Assembly (NCBI GenBank): GCA_002633005.1
Contig: NMRA01000011.1
Span: 439,395-503,394 of the forward strand
Direction: 5' to 3'
Length of the DNA stretch: 64,000 nucleotides
Origin: Phoronis australis
Lineage: Eukaryota > Animalia > Phoronida
The number at the start of each line of letters is the position of its first letter. The stretch's first letter is position 1. This document shows, piece after piece, positions 26,532 to 38,879 of the stretch. The translations under genes and the position numbers were made by a program. A model generated the notes under the pieces. That model was not told where the DNA came from, searched no databases, and saw only the letters and a program-made list of their open reading frames with translations.

Positions 26532-27289
26532 AGGTTCATTTGAACACTTTAAACTCATCTTGTTTGCTTACTGCATCATAAGTCATACTGACTTATCACA
26601 AATCCTCAATAAATCCAACTTATTTCTGAACCTGATTTTGATTTACGGAATTTAACCTGTTCTAATTTTTTCAAAATTCAAAGTTACGTAGAACCATATT
26701 GATAAGTCTGTATTTAGTCAAACATCTACAAAACTATAGTATACATTTTAACTCAATAAAAGCATATATTTTCTACAAGTAGAAATCCTGCATAAGTTCA
26801 TTTTTAATTTTTATCCATTTGCCATTAATTGGTTCTTGTAACTATGTCTTTTTATTGAAATTTAGCAAAAAAGAAAGATGCATTCATAGCAAAACTATGC
26901 TGTCAATGATATGACCAGATTGGATATAAATGATTTTATGATGAAATCTCAAAAACAAGGTTACAGTTTTCTAAATATCATTTAGTTGTTCTTCTGTCCC
27001 ACTTGTGAGTTTGATAGCCCATTATGCAAAAGTTGAACATTTTATAAATTAGTTCCTAACATTGTTGTGGAAAACTGCATTAGGTATTGTATCTGAAAGT
27101 TTCATAGATGTCCGATGAGCCATTTTTGACGTAAAATGCTTAGAACTTAGATATATTTGGACGTTTTTAATGTCTTACATAACTTTAAGGAGGATTGATC
27201 CTATATTCCATTTTTTTATGTATTGTTGCACGTCCGAGTGATGGTTCTAACTAATAATAAGTGTTGAATTTGTCATTTTTCTTTTACAG

Positions 27290-27349
27290 ATCACCAGAAA
27301 CTAGAACGAGAAGCAAGAATTTGTAAATTACTAACACATCCCAATATTG
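27290..27349 (+). CDS. CaMKII: CaMKII exon 3 (60 nt)
   Basis: cttttacag|AT CAC CAG...ATT G|gtacgt; (D)HQKLEREARICKLLTHPNI(V). Confidence 0.96.
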
Positions 27350-27820
27350 GTACGTATTTTCTTTTTCTGCTAGAGGGTGTCAAGATGTCAATAATTTTTG
27401 GCCAATAGCACTGCCGCTGCTACCATTTTTAAAACTACAAATGATGTGCCTTCGTGTAATTTGTTGGCCATGGGTTGTTACGAAGAATTCTATTGTGTGT
27501 TACCAACAAAAACATTTTTGTAACTGGTCACTCTCATGAATTCTAACATTTAACTAAAATTTGTTGTCAGATTTACCTACTTTTTGATCGGTGGCTGTTT
27601 CACGGAACCACCAACTCAGTCTTTCCAAAAATGTATTACCCTGAATTTTGTTGACATCTTCTCGTTGTCAGTCAGTCATTTTACTCAGGTGGTGACAATC
27701 TGTATGTGTTATTGTTTCTGTAAACTTAAGGTGTTTAATGCATATAAAGTTTATAAATGACATCAAAATTTGTAGGGAGAGTTTACTTTCCAAAATTTGC
27801 CCGACTTTGTCCATGCTTTA

Positions 27821-28235
27821 TTGAGTCATTCAGCCTTCAAGCTTGAGCCCTTCACCCTTCAATCTTGAGTCATCCACCTTTCATGCTTGAAACACTAATC
27901 CTTCAACCTTGAGTCATTCACTCATCAAGCTTGAGCCATCCACCCTTCAAGCTTCAGTCATTCACCCTTCAAGCTTTAGCCATTCACCCTTCAAGCTTGA
28001 GTCATTCACCCTTCAAGCTTTAGCCATTCACCCTTCAAGCTTGAGTCATTCACCCTTCAAGCTTGAGTCATTCACCCTTCAAGCTTGAGTCATTCACCCT
28101 TCAAGCTTGAGTCATTCACCGTTCAAGCACGAGTCATTCACCCTTCAAGCTTGAGTCTTTCACCCTTCAAGCATGAGTCATTCACCCTTCAAGCTTGAGC
28201 CATTCACCCTTCAAGCATGAGTCATCCACCCTTCA
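27821..28235. repeat. 22-bp minisatellite (about 19 copies)
   Basis: ttgagtcattcacccttcaagc, highly homogeneous core. Confidence 0.93.
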
Positions 28236-30521
28236 CAAACACATCAATTCGCTACGTGGAGCAAGATGTGCTGAGTTTGAAAGTATTAAGAGTCCCTTTT
28301 AATTGCTTTTGAGAAGCCTGTTTTGAATGAGCAGCAAACAGGGTCGCACCGCACGTTACACTTGTTTGCGTGACCTTCCTGTTACCCCAATTCTTTAGTC
28401 ATTCTTTGCAGTATTTCGCACCCGCTGTGTCTCTCTGTGTGTGTCGTCAGCTTATACTCTGTGGTGGCATTACTGCGTCATTTTATCTTCACTTGGGAAT
28501 GAAACAATTATGTTTCGAAATATCATGTGTCTTTTAATTATGTCGCTAGGTCAGTTACTGTATCTGTGTTCAGTTGAGAGTAGAGTTTTGTTCCGAAAGT
28601 ATGAACGCAACGGAATAAAGACTGTGAACAATGAAAAGTGTCGTGCATTTAACAAATATTGTGGAGTTAATTAGCAAAATCAATTAGCATATATGCCAAA
28701 GTTTTCGAGTGAGTTTTGTTTCACTATTCAAGTTAACCAAAATTATTACAAAAATACAGTGTCGTGCCTGTTGTTGCAACTGACACAAATGTATGAACAA
28801 TATGATTGTGTCAGTGTATGCGGATGTCATATTGTGTAGTATTGTAACATGTTGAATCCCAGAGATCATATTCAGCGAAATCCGCTCAAAGCCAATCAAA
28901 ATGGTAGAAAACAAGGACTTGACATCGTTTTAAGTTTGAACATTTTTGTAAATATTGAATAATGCTCCTGTTTTTGTGCAAAATATTGTTGGTGTCCATG
29001 GTTATTCAAGCTTGGCCAAGGTATTTAAGCTTGGGTCATTATTCAAGCTTGTTCATTTTATTGTCAGAACTCTTATATGCAATAACAGGGAGCACACACA
29101 GTGAGCTCCACTAGAGATTATTGACTATTTATAAGCCTCTCTGTAAACAGCCATTGTCAGGAATGTCAACATTTACTTGGCATAACAATAAGAAACCTGG
29201 TGTGTGATAGTCAATGATAGTCAGGTGAAACTTATGTCAGTTTATTTTTTTAAATAACTGAAGCATGACAATAATGTCAGGGGCGTGGATTCCTCAATTG
29301 TGGGGGCCCAATATCAGCTCCAGTTTCCTTTGAAAATTCATTTAAAACATGTGGAATTCCCCTCACCAGACCCAAAAAATCATCTCAGGTGATCATAAAA
29401 TCCTGGTGAGATTAGAAGCAGTCTCTGTGTGCACAGACATTCAGGGCATGAGAAGGTTTTATTGGCATGCAGACTCCTTGTGGAATAGGGCATAGATCAG
29501 TTTATTTTCTTAAGTGTAGGGGTGATTACATAGGTAATTTTCCAGGTACTTGGCACTCTCACCTCATTCCGCATACCAAAAATAATTAGCAGTAATATTT
29601 TCTCCCTCACTTATTTTGCACAATGCTACTTGATGGGAGTTTCTTGCCTAACCAAATTCGCACTCACTCAGTTTCGCAGTTACTTGTAGGATAAATTTCA
29701 TTGAATTCTCATAACGGCAGTTGGTGTTACATGATTACTCAGTTATTCTGTATTATTTAGTTTATGTGACACATCCCCACTGTCATAAAATACGTATTAA
29801 ATGTACCTTGTGTTACAATACCTGCACTGTGCCAGGTTGGTTAAGTATGAACGTCCATTAATTCATTACCTTGATGGGGATTGCCTGGTGACGCTAGGCT
29901 TGTCGATGCAACCACTGGGGAAAGTAGGTTATGTTTACATAGTATTACTGAATAATTTCACATTATCGGAAAAAGCCATCTTGTCTGTTTATATTGTAGT
30001 AGTTACTTTCACCACACTTAACTGTGGATGGTGACACTATTGTTTTAATACTGAATAATGTTGAGTGAGAGGAGGTGTGCAGTGGAAGAGCAGTCTTTAT
30101 TTAAAGCTGAATGCATTTATTATGGTGCTTGATAACCTGAATTGTGAGAATAAATAATGCAAAAACAGTTTATCAGCCTCAAGTGTACCATTATGTCATG
30201 TTGAGTTAGAAGATATGAAAAATTGGTTTCGTTATTGTCTTTGGCAATCAGAATGATTTGGTCAGCCATTGACTTACACGCATGCGATGTTATGATTTAA
30301 TGTGTCAGTATTAATAGCAAGCATAATTAATATTTTATTTATTATACATTTTGTTTTTCAATCGATGTTTTATATTCATTGGTTTCATCTCGTGCCAGTA
30401 TTTCTGTGGAAATGATTCGTTTCGGTCAACGACTGTGATATGTGTTAGGTTTAGGTGGTGGTGACAGTAGCTGGGGCTAAAGTGCTTGTGAAAATGTTAG
30501 CGTTTTAGTCAGATGGACTAA

Positions 30522-30883
30522 AATCCCGTTTAGACATCAACTTTCGGCCCGGCGCAACTGACACAGAGAAAATTGATCGGTGTCCAGCATTCGTTTACAC
30601 ACAAAACTCACTAACTGTGGCAAGATGGAAATTGTAGGCTGGAGAGTGTATCACACATGCGCAGGTTTACAAATCACAGGAGTTGAAGAGACAAAGAACC
30701 CATATTGAGGTCATTACACAATCGGAGTAGAGATGATCCTTTTGGCCTTTGCAAACGGGTGGCAAGAGTTGTCGCCGCGGTATAAATTTGCTCCAGTTCA
30801 GTCCCATTTACACACATACTTGCGCTGGAACAATTCGTTCCATGTCAGCTGATCAGTGTCAACTTTTGTAGTGTAAACGGCTC
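30522..30883. mobile_element. Possible Harbinger-type MITE
   Basis: imperfect TIRs cccgtttagacatcaa / ttgtagtgtaaacggc, TAA/TTA-like flanks. Confidence 0.45.
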
Positions 30884-32093
30884 TTAGCCCGGTCTGTGAA
30901 GGGTTGTTTTGCCATCAACTGAATCGGTTTTAAGTGAAAATAGATGTCAAAGCTTGTTCACTCTGTCATTAATTCAACAATAGACAGATGTGTCTTACTT
31001 CTGCGTATGTGCATGCTTAAAGTAAGCGGTCTGGTTACAAAAGTGTCGGCGAAAATGGCAGCAACTTTAGTCTAACTCAAAGAGCCTGTGAAGCACCAAC
31101 AAAAGTGACACGTCTTACCTGTCACATGGCTGTCACATGACTGGTATTTCGTTAGTAGTAAAAGCGCTAGAGAAAACATTTGTGTTTTTAGCCAGTTTGT
31201 GAACAGCGGTAACAGACTGGCAGTTACTGTTTATTATGAACACCGTGTTTTCCTAATGGGTTATACCATAATTTAAAAGGTTATCTTTTTGGGTGTTACA
31301 GAGATTTTAAGGAGACACAACTGGTGTTGTGTTCACTCCTGAAGGAGCAAGTAAGGCCTACTAGAGTGACATCTTCAAAGTCTTGATGTGAAGGGCCTTT
31401 GTCATTTTACCCCTTTTTCATTTTGCCCCTTTGTACTTCTGCTATTTGTATGAAAAGGTCATACCTGCTCCCTTATCTTGTCTGTGCATCTGCTCCTATT
31501 GCCAGGCAGGCAAGGAGGATGTGTTCATTACAGTACTTGTTCATGCTAGATGGTACTGTCATGGCATGACTCTGGACTAGACTCAGTGTTCACGGGGAGT
31601 CTTGATGGATCACTTCCTGCCTAGTTGGGGATGCCAAGTTGACATTCGCTTTTCAATGAATGCTCTCCTGTGTTTTCTGGCCTTTTCATTTGATGCTCAA
31701 ACGTGTTAATGTTCTTAGCAGCAAATATATTCGCATATGAGGACCCAATCCAGGTGAAAAAGTTTTGAAATTGTTTAAATTGTAAATTTATACTTGCGAA
31801 AACAACTAGTTGGTAAACTGTAAATTTTGATTTATCTTATGCCTGTTTGAAACTTGAGTACATTTTGAGTGGCGTCAGATGGTTTCTAAATCCATATCAG
31901 TGTTGGCGTTAAGGTCATCCCGTTATATTTTTACTCATTGGATTTGAAAATAGCACAAGATATAAATCCCTTGTTTCCAATGCTGAAGGTTAGTTTATGT
32001 AACATTGGCACTCAATGTGACGTCATTTGATTGTTATATTGTAGGTTGTACTGTTCCTTGACGTGTCAGCTTCACCAACCCTTTTTTTTCCAG

Positions 32094-32148
32094 TGCAACT
32101 ACACGACACGGTACAAGACGAGGGATTTCACTATTTAGTTTTTGACTT
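32094..32148 (+). CDS. CaMKII: CaMKII exon 4 (55 nt)
   Basis: ttttttttccag|TG CAA CTA...GAC TT|gtaagt; (V)QLHDTVQDEGFHYLVFD(L). Confidence 0.96.
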
Positions 32149-32783
32149 GTAAGTACAGAAAGCTTTTCTAGGTTTGACCGACATTATAATATGGATCGTG
32201 TATAATTGTCAGTTTTGAAACTGCTGCTATCGGTCATAGATGGTGTCTGACCAGGTTGAACTGTTTTTGGCAGTGAGGGATAAGTAGCATGTTTATTCCA
32301 GCTCGTGTTAAACTGCTTTTCTTTGTTTGCAATATGAAAGGACGTGGATTTTTATTTTGTAACGTTTTGCAATAAAATTGGACATTAAGAACATTTCGCT
32401 CCATTTGTCTACCCGCATATGGGTGGATTGTCCCCCCACATCTGCCTAGTTCGTAAAAATGTTTGAAAAACTGGGCACCTATTATATCTTTGCCATTTGC
32501 TATGCACACAGTCAGGTCAAACATCACCGCACTGCGATTCTCTTTTTGTGGTCTGCAGCTGTATTCCGACATTTTATCTACCTTTTACAGTTGGAGCAAG
32601 CATTAATGCTGTGAAAAGTGGATAACTGATGAGCTTCAGTGTTATTTTGGTAATATGAAGAATTCAATATCAAAATGATGAGTGATACTTATTGAAGGAG
32701 TTTCCAGTAATGTCGTTTCTTTGTTATCTGCATGTTTTTGCAATTGATCACTTGACCCTGTTCTTTAATTATTTATTTCATGA

Positions 32784-32906
<123 letters not shown>

Positions 32907-34307
32907 TAAGTAGCCTACAGTGCAAGAAAAATAACGATTTATGTGAACATTAATGCAGGATATATTTCACTGTACATTGCCCGCTGTCCATTTTGACTGG
33001 TCACACAGTTCAGTCGTTCCTTCTCCATTTTGGCTGGTCACACAATTCTGTTGTCCATGGTTCATTTTTGCTGGTCACACAATTCAGTTATCCTCAATTA
33101 TTTCTCAGCTTTACAAAGCTTCCTACAGAACTTGTCATTACCTAAGTTTTACAACAGTTGTGCTGTCTCAGTCACACTGGCGCCCCCTGGTGTTGGGACT
33201 AAGCTATTTGAATCACCTGAATTGTTTCAAAGACATTCACGAAAGTTTCTTTTCAGTTCAGCTGTCTTTCCACAAGTAATTATTAGCCAATGTGTGATCT
33301 TGTAAGGTCTTTTAGCAAGCCTGAGAACTCTGCTGTCAAAATTGAAGATGCAACATTCCTTGAAAGACTGGAAGTCTTGAGGGTTGACAGCTGACCTGTC
33401 GGGCTAAAAAGCCTTAGAAGGAAATCAGAGGCTCAGTTTTGTAGCTTATAGAAAGAAGAAACAGAATTTGGATGTTTTGTGCAGGAAAAATGTTTTCGAA
33501 AATATGGTGATCTTTATGAAAAATCACGATTTTATAGAAAAATAAAAAATGATTACGAAATGTGCACATAGCTTTTATGCAAATAATGAAATTCTGTGAC
33601 CATCAAGGATTTTGAAGATGTATAGTTTTTTGGGTGTACTAGTACGTAAAAAGTTATTTAAGAAATTTGATCGTTGGTAGGCAATGGTAACCTATTACAT
33701 TAATGGATTGGGCACTTAGTTAAAAAGTAATTTGATTACTTCACCAGGGTTGGCAATTATCTTAACCTACTGCAGGTGTAACCTGCACTGACGTAATAGC
33801 TCATTTATGGTCTGCCTCTTCCAGAGTCTGTTGTCAAGTCTTCTGACTTTTGGCTAAAACTCGGTCTACGGGTGGCTTAGTCTGTTTGTTGAAAACAGAC
33901 ATAGGCTGAAAGTCCGGAACAAACTGTCTTTCACTTGAAGTCAAGAGACAGAAAATCAGTCTGCTCGATTAAACCAAATGTTTTAAAATGCAAAAGACAA
34001 AAAAACCAACTTTTGCTGGCTATTCGTAGTCACATTTTTTACTTGTGGCTCAAGCTAAAGGATAAAATCCAATAGCAACTTGGAGAAACAGGTCCCGGGA
34101 CTCACTCTGACATGCAGTGACCACATAAAATCTGCCAAAAAATTTTAAAACTATGGCCTTATTGACCTCACAACACACATTGACGTCTGAAGTTCCACTT
34201 TTGCCATCATGCGATCACGCATCATAAATATTTACAATAATATAAGAATTGTAACAGAGACAAAGGTTACGCGATCAAAATAAGGTGATTAAATGCTGTG
34301 TTAATGA

Positions 34308-34368
34308 CATCACACCGGGGCCACACAGGTCATAAGGAGGGAACGCACGGTTAACAGCAGTGTGGTTG
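34308..34368 (+). promoter_or_regulatory. Putative splicing 'docking' element upstream of exon 6a
   Basis: complementary to 36411-36425 (14/15 pairs) and to 36174-36243 in several blocks; overlaps putative branch site ggttaac (34349-34355). Confidence 0.45.
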
Positions 34369-34387
34369 TTGACATTTTGCCTTTCAG

Positions 34388-34460
34388 TCATTGCATACAG
34401 CAGATCCTGGAAGGTGTTAATAAGTGTCACTTACACAACATCATACACCGTGACCTCAAG
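34388..34460 (+). CDS. CaMKII: CaMKII exon 6a (73 nt), mutually exclusive alternative A, catalytic HRD
   Basis: ttttgcctttcag|T CAT TGC...CTC AAG|gttggt; (S)[24 protein letters not shown]; not in the ORF track. Confidence 0.92.
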
Positions 34461-36318
34461 GTTGGTCCGCTCACATTACACCATCAGTGCTGCATTCGTA
34501 GATGTATCGCGCACCCGCCTGCTGGCGCCACTTGACTAGAGCTGACACATTGTAGACTTAGCGCTTTTAGTAGGCCTTGTTCATTCAATTTACAGTCCAA
34601 TCTGGGCATCCGTCATTTTGGGATCAATGCTTTTCAAACATCTTACATTCGATCACCAACCCATGTGACTAATATATGCATGGTTAATGTTTTATATCAA
34701 CTGCTACCTTGCGCTGTCAGCTGTGCTTCAACTTTGAGGTTGCCTGGTGCAATTTGAGAAAATTGATACCGGTGAAACATATTTATTGTGGATTAACCCT
34801 GGCTTCTGGGTTTGAATACAATCTTTTTTAAGTCACTTGATTGGTTTGTGGACCTATCTGTTACAGTCACTTGACAAATCTGGCAATGGTCTAAATTGTG
34901 GAAAATATCCGTCTGCTATCATGATGTTATCATGTACTACTACATTGTTTAATATTAAGCTTGTGAAATGGATTTCCTGGCAAAACATATTTGAAATAAA
35001 ATTGAAATGTTTAGACGATTGCGTCAAATTTTGAGACTGGATAGTGGCTGACGTTCTGGCAATCATCTATCACATCTCCGTTTCATTCAAAACACATCTT
35101 AAATATTTGAGTTTGTACACTTTAAACTAGTGCGTGATTACCATGTGCGCTCGTGATTGGTTAATATATCTTGGTGGTGCTGGAACATAAATCTTGGCAA
35201 TGCTTGTTCTTAAAATAAAGTGTGGGTAAACTTGAAACTTGAGGTTCACTCTTCCAATCTTGCAAATGAGATCGCTTGCTTAATCTTGACATAGCTTGAA
35301 CAAACTCTGAATTCCATGTTTATTCCAATATTCCAAGCTCACACAAGACCCAAACAAATCAGGCAACCCCAGAACATAACCAATTTAATCTAACACATCC
35401 AATACTGTACGTAAACATTTTTCACAGTAGACCGCGCTTTGACAATAAGTGCGGTCAAACACTTGGGCTTTCTCGCTTGGGTGACAATTAAGGCTAACTT
35501 CACTGAATGTCAGAGCTCTGAAAACATAACTGTTTACATCATCGAAATGTTCAGTTGTACATGTGGAATTCAAGATAAGCATGATATGATTGGTTGAAAA
35601 GTGTATTTCATAGAGACGAGCTATGTTCCAAATATCAGCCAATCAAATAGCGGACCAGAGGATTAGGTTTTTGAAAAAATTAAAAATGTTACCTATTGAT
35701 CGTTCAAATACAGTGTGCAGTGAAGTCAGTGGTCTTCGATGCATACGCTTGCATGGTTTTACGCTCACGAAAAATATTGCTTTAAATTTCCGTTACAAAA
35801 AACTAGTGTTATGTTTGGAGGAAATCCATTGCACAAGCTGGAATATTGCATCAAACGAGATTGGCCACTACAGTCGATAAGGCACGCTGCGCAACTTTTT
35901 TGGAACAGCTGTCAGGAAAAGGTTTTTGTCAACCAAATTGATGATCAAGCCTGAAGGACAGATTCGTTTAAATGAGCTGTCAGGTACAGAAACACAACTA
36001 GTTGTCAGTAAATGTTCAGTCAAGCTCTAAACTAAGTAGGAAAGATGTCCAGAAAGTTCAAAATGCGTGCTTAGTCAGATGTCTGAAATGTTTCACACTG
36101 CGTTGCAAGATGCTTTTTATTGGTTTTTATTTGTTGAATGGATTGTCAGTTGTTCAATCTCCTCGTTGTTGTTCAACCACGCATCAGTGGGAGGACTGCC
36201 GGACGTTGACTCCTGCTGCCAGTCAACCGTGACTCCTCCCCTTGCTGTATTTTTGGAAGGAGTGACGGGTGTTGACTCCTCCTACTGTTCATTGGCCACG
36301 CCTCTTTGATTGTTTCAG

Positions 36319-36391
36319 TAACTGCATGCAGCAGATATTAGAATCTGTGAAGTACTGTCACCAGAACCATATCTGTCATCGTGACCTTAAG
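36319..36391 (+). CDS. CaMKII: CaMKII exon 6b (73 nt), mutually exclusive alternative B, catalytic HRD
   Basis: tgtttcag|T AAC TGC...CTT AAG|gtgagt; (S)NCMQQILESVKYCHQNHICHRDLK. Confidence 0.92.
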
Positions 36392-38122
36392 GTGAGTCTC
36401 TCTACCAACACTGTGTGGCACTGGTACATGCTTGATGGCCTCGCGATGTTGGGTGCCTTTAGTGAGTGCTCTTTTACGAACAATACTGCGAAACACTAGT
36501 CGTCCTATTTCAGACTTCCCAAAATTTGTAATTCTTTTAAACTGTTTATTTGAAGCCGCATTTTGCTCTGTTTTGCTAGCTAACTAGGTATTTTACTCTC
36601 ACAAAGCCGGCCTCATGTTCCTGGCCACCATAGGATTCTCTTTCCCTTAATAACAAGAGAATCGAAACCCTTTGCATCTCAGGAAAACATTTCAGAGTTT
36701 ATTGGGGTTAGCCAACCCTTAAATTACAAATTTGAAAATGATGCATGTATGCATTGCTTGTGACTTGATTGGCTGGCTCATAAGGTAACATGTCAAGATG
36801 GAATGAGCATGGTGTTCTGCTTAAACACCGAAGCGCTTCGGTTAGGAATTCAACATTGACAGCTGAAAAGCGGCAAATGCACTTTTATGTGGCTGTAAGT
36901 TTGGAACATGAAGCATCTTGTGGCTGGCATACGACCAAAAATATTTTTTAGCTAACATGGTTCATTTTCAACTATATAATCTTAGGCGTCTTTGTTCAAT
37001 TTTGCAAATTCGAAGGTTTCATATAGTGATAATATTTGAAAGCATTCGTTCGAATGAAATTTAATTAATTGCTACTAATTTTGTGTCTACTTTGAACCTG
37101 TGAGCTGTCAATGGTGTTTTTGTTTTGATATCAACATTTACTTTCAAATTGGTTTAAAATGCAGGCATGATGCAGTACTTCTTCATCGTTCAGCACATGT
37201 ATTGTGGCAGACAAGTGATTGTTATCTTGTCATGGTAGACAAGTTAATGTTGTCAAATTTCTTAAAAAAATGAACATTAAACAACAACATCGATGACGTT
37301 TCTGTTATTTGCATCAAGGTCAGGTCAGCTTCAATTTAAAACAATAGAAAAATGACAGTTTTGGCAATTATTTGTTGTGTCCAATAAGTGAAGTTTCCAT
37401 ATGCACCATCCAGCTTTACTTGTGTGCGAGTGCTGTGTTAAACTAATTAAGTGAAGTGATGCCCATTTGTTTTAAGCAACACCCATCTCTGCTACAGTCA
37501 TTTATCGCCTGAGTGTTCAATTACACTTCAAATCATGCATTTATACATTGATTAGTCCTTCTAATTACCAAAGCAGACAAGAGGAGAAGAGCCAATATGC
37601 TAACTAGTCCATTGCTTTCTGCCTATTTTAGTTCTTAAAGGTATTCTATCAGGTAACATTTTGCTGATTGTAAGACATTCCCAACGTCTGCCAGGCCAAA
37701 ATGTTACATGTTCTCACTGCTCTAAGTGCTGACGCCTGTTGGTCACTTTGGTAATGATCAATTCATTAGTTGTTGCTCATCTGCAAAGAATGGTTCGCTT
37801 GTGAATTATAAGTACGAGTATAAGACTACTTGTCATTGCAGTAAATTCTCTGTTGAATTCAAACTTCTGTCAATTTTTGTAAGAAGTGACTGGATCTCAA
37901 AATCCCATGGTTGATGTTTTTTCCCCAAACTTATTTCAAGTATCTGTTGTTCACATTTTTATTAGTGGCAGCCTCCAAAATGGCATGCTTAGGAAATAAG
38001 AGTTGCTTTTTATTTCCATTTCTCACAGGCTTGATTTGGTTGTTGCTATAGAGCCATTTCATGAGTAATCAATTCACCTTCTCCCTCAGATCTTTAATAA
38101 TCGTGTTTTGCTTATCTTCTAG

Positions 38123-38225
38123 CCGGAAAATTTATTGTTAGCTAGCAAATTGAAAAACGCAGCGGTAAAGTTGGCTGATTTTGGTCTAGCTATTGAAGTT
38201 CAAGGAAACCAGACAGCATGGTTCG
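38123..38225 (+). CDS. CaMKII: CaMKII exon 7 (103 nt), DFG motif
   Basis: cttatcttctag|CCG GAA AAT...TTC G|gtacgt; [34 protein letters not shown](G). Confidence 0.97.
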
Positions 38226-38879
38226 GTACGTACTGAGACGTAATATTGGCTTGTAGTCTTTCTGATAATGTGTGTATTTAGGCCCATGTGCCTAGATGTG
38301 AAACTGTGTCCGTATGAGCAATATGAGAAATGAGGAAAACTAGGAAGCAAGTTTTTAAAGTGTTACGGATGTGACACTTGACTTATCTACTTATCTGTTA
38401 CAGAGTGGTTGAAATTGGCACGAGCTCAATTTAACACAAACTATTAACTGAAAAAAATGAGAGTGAATGAAAAACATGAATGACACGCAGCTTAAGACGA
38501 GCACATTACGTAAAGGTTTGTCACGTGCACCAACGTGAGAAATACTTGATTAAAAGTTCTTTGAAAAATGCATTATTTTGGACTTAAGCACACGGAGGTA
38601 AATCTGCGCATGCATGAAATGACTAGCTAGGACAAGCCAGTTTTTTAGTCTTGTGTGTAACTGGTAACAGCTATCAGTTTTTTTCCACAAGTTACTTCTA
38701 ATTTGAGAAAGGGACAAGGTAAGACCAGTTTTATAAAGACATTTGGCCTAATTAAGCGGTAATTTAGTGACAAAGGAGATCGGTTTATTGCGATGTTGTC
38801 CATCCTAAACTTAAGAACAACTATGGTACCATCTAATGCTTTGTATGTAATTGTGTTGGTGATCTTTCAGACTTTATTA

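Larger units (their letters stand above)
884..27289 (+). other. 26.4-kb intron 2 of CaMKII
   Basis: GT at 884, AG at 27288-27289; no CaMKII coding sequence recognised in between. Confidence 0.88.

Noticed and set aside
27821-28235. Regular repeat array as possible CRISPR
   Set aside because: No unique spacers, eukaryotic intron, no cas genes
34525-34550. Distant branch point for 6b near the 6a donor as a steric mechanism
   Set aside because: Many AG dinucleotides lie between it and the 6b acceptor, so there is no AG-exclusion zone
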